64,000 bases of DNA from Asterias rubens. Lineage: Eukaryota. The position numbers were made by a program, and so were the translations under genes. The stretch spans positions 10,044,001 to 10,108,000 of the forward strand of contig NC_047065.1 of assembly GCF_902459465.1 (NCBI RefSeq), given 5' to 3'. The notes under the pieces were generated by a model that worked only from the letters and a program-made list of their open reading frames with translations, had not been told where the DNA came from and made no database searches. Within the stretch, counting starts at the first letter, position 1; each line of letters starts with the position of its first letter. This document shows, piece by piece, positions 11,914-22,325 of the stretch.

Positions 11914-12480
11914 AAAACAAGTACAAACAAATACATATCCATTTATAGAAAAAGAGAGGGGGAAAGGGATTAAGGAAAGGATCCAGAAAGAAGCGGGAAA
12001 ATAACAGCCAATCAAAGTTTCTATTTCAGAGACAATTTTGGTGGCTATGAACCAATAGGAGTGAAGTGGCGAGGACAAAGGATGTTTAGAATGAAAGGAT
12101 GGGTTAATGGACCATAAAAGTGGTAAATGTATTGTTCGACAACAATGCAGGGAGACATGAAAGGGTAGGATTAGAGAGCAAGTTGCATCATGATGCAACT
12201 AACAATGGTCAATTAATAAGAATAGCAAGATCAAAGGTATGATGATTTTAAAAATAGGTATGTGGGACCTGTGGAAAAATAGGGGGGCGGGGTTACTTAC
12301 ATCAGATAGTTACAGTGATGAATTGATAAAAACAACTTTAAACTAGATTAATTTATACTTTATGTACAGAATATATACAGCAATAAGTTCTTAGGCAGAA
12401 GTGAAGTGGAGGGTAATGAGAAGTTATTTAACACCAGTGTTTATAAGTAGGATTTGAAACTTCGCATGGTGGAAGTAAGA

Positions 12481-12615
12481 TATAGAAAAGTTTGCGGTAA
12501 CACCATGTAATAACAATCTCTAAATGAGTTGGGGTGGTTCCAACGGTTCTTTTCAGAACCACCCCAACTCATTTAGAGATTGTTATTACATGGTGTTACC
12601 GCAAACTTTTCTATA
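12481..12615. repeat. Perfect 60-bp inverted repeat (15-nt loop) inserted at the PLE ORF end
   Basis: 12481-12540 is the exact reverse complement of 12556-12615; flanked by duplicated ACCAGTGTTTAT (12433-12444 and 12615-12626). Confidence 0.92.
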
Positions 12616-14454
12616 CCAGTGTTTATGTTGAGTCCAAAGGGTTTGACTGTCTTGAGTTGGTGGATCCAGTGTGATTTTCTACTCTTGCGATGTGTCATCA
12701 CCATTGCAAGCTTCAATCACCAGAAGTTCAACATCAATGACACTATGATTGGGGCTGTTGAAGTGGATAGAGACTGGGTACGGTTTCTTAGTCTTTATGG
12801 AAGAGACATGATTCGCTAAGCGAAGACTAAGTTTGGTCTTAGTCTCTCCCACATATTGTAGCCCACATCTCTTACATGATATTACATAGACTACATTAGA
12901 CGTGCTGCATTCAGAGTCGGTCTTGATGTTGTATGAAGAGCCAGTGGTATGACTCTTCACCTTAAGTGAGGGCTTAATGTGCAGACACGTTTTGCATTTG
13001 GAACGGGTACATTTGTGACAGCCCAGTATATCTGTCGGGGGTTGTGTTTGGACTATACCTGGGGGAAGTTTGGCCCTGACTAGTATGTCACCAAGGTTCT
13101 TAGGGCGGCGGAATGCAACCATGGGAACCTCAGGGATTGCTGAGTGTAACCTGCTGGAGGAGTGAAGTATAGGCATGTTATTATTGAGAATTGAGGGAAG
13201 TTTGGGTAATTTGGGGTGGAAGGTGGTGACCAAAGCAACTCTATTGGTAGGAGCTTTTTTAGCTCCTGTGTTAGTCAACAGAGTATGACGAGGTACGTTG
13301 AGAGCCCTGTTGATAGCAAGTTGGACCCTACGTTCGCTGTGTCCCCTAGATACAAGGTGTTTCCTTAGCTCTGATGAGCGCCTCTTGTACAGATACGCCT
13401 GATACGTAAGGCCTGACTGTAAGCAATTGCCTTCTTACAGTGACTAGGGTGACAGCTATTGGAGAGAAGGTACTGGTGGGTGTCGGTGGGTATACTGTAA
13501 ACATCTGTGACAAGGCCATTAGGAGACTTGGTTATTGTCACATCTAGAAAGTTCACACTGGTGAGAGATTGTTCGGTACTGAACTTTATGGTGGGGTGAA
13601 ATGAGTTGATATGGTCAATAAACTCATCCAAGCTGTCTTGGTCACCACACCAGATGGAGAAAATATCATCAATAAATCTCCACCAAACTAGTGGTCGGTT
13701 AGGGGCGGAGGACAGGAGTCTGTCCTCCAACTGAGACATGAATAGGTTGGCATATGAGGGTGCCATTTTGGTACCCATGGCAGTACCCTGTACCTGTAGA
13801 AAATGCCTGTCAGAAAATGTGAAATATTCTTCATTAGAATGTGGCTCATGAGTTCCTTAATATGACTCACTGAGGGGCGGGACTGATTACTAGCATTGAG
13901 GGCAGAGACACATGCACTCATGCCTTCATGATGGGGTATGTTAGTATACAGTGATGAAACATCAAAAGTAACCAAAATAGCAGAGTCGGGTACTTGGTGC
14001 TTGACCTTATCTAGTTTGTGGAGAAAGTCTTTGGTATCCTTGATGAAGGAAGGAATACGGCAGACTATAAGGGTTTGAGGAAGCTATCTACAAACTCAGA
14101 AATGCGCTCTGTGGGGCTACCATTCCCAGATACAATAGGTCTCCCCGGGTTATTGGGCTTGTGTATCTTAGGTAGAAGGTAGAACCTTGCTGTACGGGGG
14201 TCATGTGGGAGGAGATAGTTAAATGTATCTTTCTCGATACCATTGGCGTTATAAATCCTAACCAGGGTGTCACTGATATCTTGGGAGAAAGATTCAGTGG
14301 GATCAGAAGCACATTCAATGTAATGATCAGTGTTACTGAGCTGTCTAAGGCCCTCAGCAATGTAGCCATGTGTGTTCATGACTACAACTGCGGACCCCTT
14401 GTCAGCCCGTTTAATCACTATGTCTGGTGATTGGTAGTCTTTGTTCAGGACTCT

Positions 14455-14681
14455 CCTGGATTTGTAACAAGAAAGCGCGCTATCACCCCCAACGCGCTAT
14501 CAACCATATCAAACATAATGCGCGTGCGTAGGTTTCCCGGCCGCGCGCCCCTTTTTTTGGGGGGGGGGGAGATTTAACGAATGTGCCAAGACTCTCCTGT
14601 GATAGCGGTTCTCGGGTGATAGCGGTTCGTGGTTGATAGCGCGTTGGGGGTGATAGCGCGCCCTGTTGTGACAAATCCAGG
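14455..14681. mobile_element. MITE (CCTGGATTTG...CAAATCCAGG) inserted in the PLE ORF
   Basis: ~50-bp TIR including gcgcgctatcacccccaacgcgctatcaacc; target duplication GGTGATTGG at 14426-14434 and 14680-14688. Removing the insertion restores LRQSPDIVIKRADKG. Confidence 0.88.
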
Positions 14682-16611
14682 TGATTGGCGGAGTTGTGTC
14701 AGGGCGTGACGCTCATCTTGGGGGAGGTTATTGGGAGTAGGGGTACTGGGGGCATTAAGAACCTCGGAGTTAACCGAATTGATGTATGTCTATAGAGACA
14801 CATCTCGGTTCTTAGGGGGTACCCAAGTACTCTTTTCCCTGAAGCGGTTGCGGGGAATAGGTTGGGTCTCCACAGATGACTCGTCATCCATGGAGGGCTC
14901 TACATGAAAGTATTCACGTAGGCATAACCTACAATTGAATTGGGCCATGTCCTATTGGAAAAGAAGTTTGTTAGGTTCTCTGGGTGTGGGGCAAAACTTA
15001 AGACCCCTTGAGAGGAGTTTAACCTGTGGGTCAGTAAGGACCATGTCAGACAGGTTAACTACAGTATTGGTCTCTGGCGACCTAACAGTAGGAGGAGCAA
15101 TGGTGGCTCTCTTACTGTGGAAACGTCTATGGGTGTGTTTCTTATGGTTAGCCTGGACATTCATACGTTTCTTGTTCTGTGTGTCCATTAGGGTGGACCT
15201 TAAGTGTTTGACGTTACTTAGTATGGTATCTTGTAACTGTTCAAACCCTTCAATAGAACATGACTCCTGGAGTTGAGACTCAGTGTCTGTTATCTCAAGC
15301 AACTGGTTATCAATGAATTGTTGGCATTGATTTTCCAGCAACTTGATCAAACGGAAAGACGTATTAGTGAGTGTCTTGTTCCATTTCTTCAAAAAGGGTG
15401 GGACAAGGTCCCCAAAGGAAGGGGTACACTTGATCTGTAGGCTTTTGGGAATGATACGGGACAAATGATAAAAACGGTAGTTATCAAGATGTGACATGTA
15501 ACGGGTGTTCTTTTCCTTAAGTTTACGAAGCTTGCGGATAATGCACTTGGTGTCGGGAGCAAGTGCCATAGTGGATGGGGAAATACAGTCAAGGGGAAAT
15601 ATGTATAGGACGAAATAAAAAATATATAGAACGAAATATGAAATATATAGAACAAAAATAAATATATAGAACGAAAATAAATATAGAGAATGAAGTAAAA
15701 AACATATAGAACAAAAATAAATATATAGAACAAAAAATATATAGAACCTAACAAAAATATATAGAACGAAATAAAATATATATAGAATAAAATAAAGTAT
15801 AATTATATAGTATGACAAAATATTATAGAACAAAATACATATATACATATAACCAAATAAAAAATATATAGAACAAAACAGTAATATATGGAACGAAACA
15901 TTAAATAGAACGAAGCGCCCCCTTCGACGAATAAGGGCCAGGCCGCACAGTGCGGCCTCTTCGTTCTATATATTTTTGTTTCATTCATTTCTGTTCCGCG
16001 CTATTAGCGTAGGTGCATGAACATTAGCATAATAGCAGGAAGCGCCGCCCGCGGGACGGACCAGTATTTTAGACTTGAAATCAAGTCGTTAGACAACAGA
16101 GTCGTCGTGCACACTTCCTTACTGCTGATGATAAACGTTTAATTATCGATCGCTGTTATAAGGAGGGCTACACGACTGGACATAATAACTCAAAATGTTC
16201 AATGATCTTAGATTATCACACAGCCATAGACAATTTTCCCAATTTGGAGGAACAAACTGCAACTTAAATTCAGGCTGGTTTATGACGATTCAGTTCCAAG
16301 TGCAGCTGAAAGAAACATTTATTACAAAAATAATTGCAGATATGGGAGTGTTTTTTGAACATTGCCCTAACAAATTCACGGCTATTTCGGCCCGACGATT
16401 TACTATTTCGACCGCGGGTGATTTATTGTCGTTTTTAAAACGAAATACGTTAATGTTTTGTTGTTGCTGTTCACGGGTTCAAGTCAAGAGAGGGCGCTGT
16501 AACCAAACCCTATTTTCATAGTGCCCGCCCGCCCGCCCACAAAAAACGCGCGCACGATCACGACTAGATCTAGTTCATGACCATGTTTCACTGAGCCAGC
16601 CAGAATACAGA

Positions 16612-16833
16612 ACGTTTCAAGATACGCAGCGTTGCTTACGTTTCAAGATATGCAGCTACGTTTACGTTTCAAGATACGCAGCTACGCTTACGTTTCAAGA
16701 TACGCAGCGTTGCTTACGTTTCAAGATATGCAGCTACGTTTACGTTTCAAGATACGCAGCTACGCTTACGCTTCAAGATACGCAGCGTCGCTTACGTTTC
16801 AAGATATGCAGCTACGCTTACGTTTCAAGATAC
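16612..16833 (+). repeat. 26-bp minisatellite with 78-bp higher-order (ABC) periodicity
   Basis: 8.5 monomers acgtttcaagata(c/t)gcagc...; order A B C A B C A' B'. Confidence 0.9.
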
Positions 16834-17953
16834 ACTTCTCATGGGCACTTTCGAATCCTTCTAAATTCCCTCCCCTTCCCCAAGATGCTTTAAAAAATTC
16901 GTTCACATACCAGGGCCCACCAGTTTTATCTGTTGAGCAGAAAATACTGCTTAAAAAAATTTCTTTACTAGCCAAAGTTTTTGGTATTGGCACCAGCCAC
17001 AAGTCCAAACATTTCAATTTTAAGTACTTTTTGATATTCAACCTCTAGTCTTGATGACCCATACTTAAATTTTTAATCATAACGTGCACTACCTTGTTTT
17101 GCAACACATTCCAATCATCCTCGCCTGACACACTACAGAATTCATCCCCCTCTAGCCACCCTTACCTTTAGCATAATCGATTCTCCTTCCTTTGTTTCAA
17201 GTTACCATATTATATCTTTTAATAATAACCTTTTGTACTATTAGTGCTATTATTTGTTTTTATGCTGATTGGTGTTGTAGTTGAAGAAAATACTTGTTTT
17301 TTTTTAGAGTCTCAGAGAAGTTCTTCTTGCACCACTTTTGTTATAAATAGGCTATCAATGAACATTGCATAAAAATATTTCAACCCCGGCGGCGTAATTT
17401 ACTTCATAATATCAGCAATGCCTGCTTCTCAAGGTGTTATGGCTTTTGATTTGTAATCTGTTAAAAAAAAAACATTGGCACCGTGTTCTTGGTTTATTTG
17501 TAGTCATGGCTTAGTATTTATAGTTTTGATCTTGAATTTTGCTGGCTGAAGTGAGTTCCCCTAGTGCTAGTTACATAATACTCTGAAAGTTGGATTCCTG
17601 TTTTCTTATAACGTATGCTGCATGCCGTGGTGACCGAAACAAAAGAAGGAAGAGTTCTGAAACTCAGCAATCCAAGCTGATGCATGCATCCCCCTTTTTT
17701 CTCTATATTATTGTTTGGTAATTTCACTTCAAACCAGCCTGAATGTAGTCTTATCCCTTTAGTTTGTTTCCCAAAATTGGGAAAAATTCTCTGTGGCTGT
17801 GTGGTTATCGATAAGGTCATTGATTTTTTTAAGTTAACATGTCCAGTCGTGTAGCCATCCTTGTGCACGACGACTCTGTTATCTAACGACTTGATTTCAA
17901 GTCTAGCATACTGGTCTGTCGCGCGGGCGGCGCTTCCTGCTATTTATGCTTAT

Positions 17954-18070
17954 GTTCGTGCTACTAAAGTACTATGCTAATGTTCGTGCTACTAAAGTAC
18001 TATGCTAATGTTCGTGCTACTAAAGTACTATGCTAATGTCGTGCCGTGCAGCTATGCTAATGTTTGTGCT
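17954..18070 (+). repeat. 28-bp tandem repeat (tgttcgtgctactaaagtactatgctaa), degenerate, in the right foldback arm
   Basis: 2-3 near-exact copies plus degenerate tails. Confidence 0.75.
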
Positions 18071-18791
18071 ATTACGCTAATGTTGTACAACCCCTGGCCC
18101 TTATTCGTCGAAGGGGGCGCTTCGTTCTATTTATTTATGTTTCGTCCCATATATTTCTGTTTTGTTCTATATTATTTTTATATTGTTATTTCGTTATATT
18201 TCATTCTATATATATTTTATTTCACTCTATTATATATTTTTGTTACGTTCTATATATTTCTTTTTCGTTCTATATATTTATTTTCGTTCTATATATTTTT
18301 TATTTCGTTCTCAATATTTTTATTTCATTCTATATATATTTTATTTCGTTCTATATGTTTATTTTCATTCTATATATTTATTTTCGTTCTATATATTTCA
18401 TATTTCGTTCTATATATTTTTTGTTTCGTCCTATATATATTTATTTCGTTCTATATATATTGGTTTCATTCCATATATATTGGTGTCATTCTATAAACAT
18501 TGGTGTCGTAATAAAGTCATAAACGGCGCGGCGCCCCATACATATCCCTGCAGATAAATAACAAAGGAGATTAGTGTACTGCGGGTAGACTGTGCAGATT
18601 GGTGTATAAGCTTGGGTGAACAATTTGATGTTTGTTAAAATGAGTCTTGTTTCATTACTGCAAGCACAAAACCAATCGGAAACAGGGGTCTTCCATTTTG
18701 AATCTAATAAAGAGCCCAAACACAAGCTTTACGGCACAGACAGTTCATTGCATTGATGAGGGTGCAGTCATCCTTTAAGTCTAGCACTTAC

Positions 18792-18914
18792 CACACATTG
18801 AAGCTTCTTCATCAAAACCATAACTCCAGCAGTTCTCTCTGCCATTGCATACAAGAGACTTGTTTAAACACATGTATGGTCCACATGGGAATACAATGTT
18901 TTCATCACAAGGTC
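18792..18914 (-). CDS. Neto: Neto exon 6: LDLa module (RPCDENIVFPCGPYMCLNKSLVCNGRENCWSYGFDEEASMC)
   Basis: Six-Cys LDL-receptor class A pattern with CNG..NC...DE; AG/GTAAGT boundaries; phase 1-1. Confidence 0.93.
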
Positions 18915-19313
18915 CTGTGAATAGATCAGATTGAAAATCCATGAGCTCATTTCACTTTATTCAATGACTTTTTAAAACAAAGATCTCCATAATCACATGG
19001 ATCTCCATATTCTGAGACTATTCATTATCAATTTTTAAGCTGCAAAATTATTGATTAATTTTGTTTTATCACACTTTACACTACAGTGGCAATGGCAGAG
19101 AAACTAAACATTGCGCCTAAAGTTAACAAAATAGTTAAGATCTTTAATTGATGGTTTGATTTTCACTTTTGACTTTATCAATACAGGAGTTCCCATGATC
19201 TAACTATATAGACTCTTATTTTATTCAAGTATGATTGCAAATGTTTATCTCAAATTTGACAAATTTCAGTTATTTGATTCAACTGATTTAAAACTCAAAT
19301 CAGGTAAACTTAC

Positions 19314-19542
19314 TGTCTGTATATGCTGTAAACATCATGTTCACATTGTTGTATGAACTTTGGTTGGATGCCACAAAACGAACGAACATACGATTGCTGA
19401 TTGTCATTGCTGCGGGCGCTGTTGTACTGCAATACTCGCCTATCAACCACTCTTCGGCACTATACATGTCATAAATCATGATGCGGTTTTTCATACATTC
19501 ATTTTTGTTGTTTAGTTCGAATTTATCAAATTTTATCAATAT
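19314..19542 (-). CDS. Neto: Neto exon 5: CUB2 core (ILIKFDKFELNNKNECMKNRIMIYDMYSAEEWLIGEYCST...MMFTAYTD)
   Basis: Acceptor tttcttcaacAG, donor A|GTAAGT, phase 0->1; CUB Cys3 and Cys4 present. Confidence 0.92.
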
Positions 19543-20582
19543 CTGTTGAAGAAAAGAAAAAAGTACATTAATCTTTGAACATAATTGTAGAAGTGCTCTG
19601 CCCCCTTTCAATGAACAGTGTACCTTATCAAGAGAACAAATAACCTTTGTTTGAAGGCAGTATTTCTTATGCACTTTGCCTGTGACGTCACTTCTGCACC
19701 ATCCTAGTATAGTTATAGATAGCTGAATAAGGATTCCACCATTGAAGATTGAAGATTGAAGTAGACAAGTTGTTGAAAACCAGTGTTCTCACTTGTTGTA
19801 GAGAGAGGTTGCGTGACCCCGCAAAAAGTTCGTTGTGCGCGCTGGCGGCCATGTTGAGTGGTAACGCGTCGTCTGCTCGCAACAGCAGACGCACGTTTGT
19901 AACCGAGAAAGTTGGTTTTTCTCTGATAGACAAATATTTTGTGAAGGTCTGGTCGACTGGTCTCCAAACATTGAACTATTCTCAGCAGTGTCGTAGCCAG
20001 ATGTTATTAAATACCGTTACTCTGAGCGCATTTAAGTCCATTGATGCACCAAATTCGATGGGTGACGGAGGTAAAGGTGCACATCGAGGAAAATTTGCTC
20101 GTGAAAGTAATCAAACTTAGCAGTTTTACTGTTGAGGCCGCACTTATTGCGAAACATTATTTATTTTGTATGGACGTGCACATGGCTACCAACTACCTAC
20201 CACATCACGGTACCACCACTGTAGAAAACAAATTATTTTTGTTAAAATCGGCACTCTGGGATTTTAGATAAATGTTTTCGGCAATGGTGGTGCGGTATTT
20301 GGCTGGCCTCATCGGCACTCTGGTATATTTTAGATTCAACTATCTGAAGAGGGCGATTCACGTTGACAAAATGTCTTGGCATAGATTTGATTTATTTTGA
20401 GATGGTTTATTAATAATACAACAAAAATATTCTCGGCCAGAGGCCGAAAAACATTTTGTACATATCATGTACACATTTAAAAACTTCCAATATACAAAAG
20501 ACAAGATTGAAGAAAGCAAAGATGTCTTAAGCAAGTCAAAATTAAGTTTAAGAGAGTGAAATTAGAGAGAAAACAACGATAC

Positions 20583-20950
20583 AGGCAGTGGACACTATTG
20601 GTAATTACTCAAAATAATTATTACCATAAAACCTTACTTGGTAACAAGTAATGGGGAGCCGTTGATAGTATAAAACATTGTGAGAAACGGCTCCCTCTGA
20701 AGTAACGTAATTTTCGAGAAGTAATTTTTCACGAATTTGATTTCGAGAATTCAGATTTAGTATTTGAGGTCTCGAAATCAAGCATCTGAAAGCACACAAC
20801 TTGTTTCTTTATTGCTACCTCGCAACTTCGACGACCAATAAATTGAGCGCAACTTTTCACAGGTTTATTTTCAGCATAAAAAATATGTTGAGATACACCA
20901 AGTGAGAAGATTGGTCTTTGACAGTTACCAATAGTGTCCAGTGTCTTGAA
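20583..20950. mobile_element. TTAA (Kolobok-like) MITE
   Basis: AGGCAGTGGACACTATTGG...CCAATAGTGTCCAGTGTCT. Confidence 0.85.
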
Positions 20951-21011
20951 CACATAAATATTTGGGACTGGAATGGAAGTTCAAAACTTAAGTGTCATCT
21001 CAAAAGACTCT

Positions 21012-21401
21012 TTAAAGACAGTGGACACTACTATTGGTAGTTGTCAAAAATTAGTCTTCACAGTTGGTGTATCTCAACATATGCATAAACAAAACAACAA
21101 ACTTGTGAAAATTTTAGCTCAATCGGATGCGAAGCTGCGAGATATTAATGAAAGAAAAAACACCCTTGTCACACACAGATACGTGCGTTCGGATGCTTGA
21201 TTTCGAGACCTCAACTCTAAATCTGAGGTCTCGAAATCAAATTTATGGAAAATTACTTCATTCTCGAAAACTACATTACTTCAGAGGAGCCGTTTTTCAC
21301 AATGTTTTGAACTATCAACCTCTCCCCATTACTCGTTACCAAGTAAGGTTTTATGCTGATAATTATTTTGAGTAGATACCAATAGTGTCCACTCCCTTTA
21401 A
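21012..21401. mobile_element. TTAA (Kolobok-like) MITE, opposite orientation, ~35 bp from the Neto exon 4 donor
   Basis: TTAA at both ends; family internal sequence. Confidence 0.85.
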
Positions 21402-21435
21402 AAGGTTGACTGAATTTCAATTCTATGTTGTTTAC

Positions 21436-21569
21436 CTTTGACACATCTTCCACATCTATCTGCCATGTGCAGTCTATTGGAGCATGTGGATCTGTGTGAC
21501 GAATAAGATCTCTAGCTTCCTTGACTGAAAACGCTCCATCATACAAATTAGCAATATGGAAGAAACATT
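21436..21569 (-). CDS. Neto: Neto exon 4: start of CUB2 (ECFFHIANLYDGAFSVKEARDLIRHTDPHAPIDCTWQIDVEDVSK)
   Basis: Acceptor tttgtcccacAG, donor AAG|GTAAAC, phase 1->0; the IDCTW motif corresponds to the CUB DCxW motif. Confidence 0.9.
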
Positions 21570-21582
21570 CTGTGGGACAAAT

Positions 21583-22230
21583 GAGCAATGTGTAAGAAAC
21601 ATTCTCTAATACAACATTGAGCAATATGTAAGAAACATTCTCTAATATAACATTGAGCAATATGTAAGAAACTTTCTCTAATACAACATTGAGCAATATG
21701 TAAGAAACATTCTCTAATACAACATTGAGCATTATGTAAGAAACGTTCTCTAATACAACATTGAGCAATATGTAAGAAACATTCTCTAATATAACATTGA
21801 GCAATGTGTAAGAAACATTCTCTAATATAACATTGAGCAATATGTAAGAAACATTCTCTAATACAACATTGAGCAATATGTAAGAAACATTCTCTAATAC
21901 AACATTGAGCAATATGTAAGAAACATTCTCTAATACAACATTGAGCAATATGTAAGAAACATTCTCTAATACAACATTGAGCAATATGTAAGAAACATTC
22001 TCTAATATAACATTGAGCAATATGTAAGAAACATTCTCTAATACAACATTGAGCAATATGTAAGAAACATTCTCTAATATAACATTGAGCAATATGTAAG
22101 AAACATTCTCTAATACAACATTTAGCAATATGTAAGAAACATTCTCTAATACAACATTGAGCAATATGTAAGAAACGTTCTCTAATACAAAATTGAGCAA
22201 TATGTAAGAAACATTCTCTAATACAACATT
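21583..22230 (-). repeat. 18 x 36-bp minisatellite abutting the Neto exon 4 acceptor
   Basis: Unit gagcaatatgtaagaaacattctctaatacaacatt; (22231-21583)/36 = 18; degenerate copies extend to ~22310. Confidence 0.97.
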
Positions 22231-22325
22231 GAGCAATGTTGCAGAAACATGTTTCAATTGAAATGAGCAGTATTGCAGAAACATACAGAAACAAATGAGC
22301 AATATGGAAGGTTCTGTGTTTTAAT

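Larger units (their letters stand above)
12425..15569 (-). pseudogene. Disrupted PLE RT-GIY-YIG ORF
   Basis: ATG at 15569; in-frame TAG stops near 14952 and 14800; several frameshifts (e.g. ~14065, ~13820, ~13370, ~12690); insertions at 14435-14688 and 12445-12626; ORF ends GLNINTGVK*. Confidence 0.88.
11857..15596 (-). mobile_element. Penelope-like retroelement (Neptune-type), near full length, decayed
   Basis: VVNLSD..LSRGLKFCPTP, IKRADKG, YLLPKIHK..PGRPIVS, FDVSSLYTNIP, MGTKMAPSYANLFM, RFIDDIF, a Cys-rich linker (CHKCTRSKCKTC) and GIY-YIG motifs (VVYVISC..C..QYVGET). Possible TSD AAATATA at 11850-11856 and 15597-15603. Confidence 0.93.
11761..18536. mobile_element. Foldback-type DNA element with ~0.8-kb minisatellite-containing TIRs; left arm split by the Penelope-like insertion
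   Basis: 11761-11856 plus 15597-~16280 is the reverse complement of ~17728-18536 (GGGCGCC...GGCGCCC termini; shared cctggcccttattcgtcgaagggggcgcttcgttc and TATATAGAACGAAA subrepeats). Confidence 0.85.

Noticed and set aside
15600-15848. Hydrophobic F/Y/I-rich ORFs (N-terminal half of 14952..15848; 15389..15754; 18002..18557)
   Set aside because: They are translations of the TATATAGAACGAAA minisatellite in the foldback arms, not membrane proteins.
16195-17868. ORFs in the foldback core as a transposase
   Set aside because: No DDE or zinc-finger motifs; the shared SGWF in two ORFs just reflects inverted-repeat homology.
21583-22230. 36-bp repeats as a CRISPR array or a standalone repeat protein (ORFs 21271..22302 and 21548..22294)
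   Set aside because: The units are head-to-tail with no spacers, the context is eukaryotic and there are no cas genes. The ORFs are read-through of the minisatellite into Neto exon 4.
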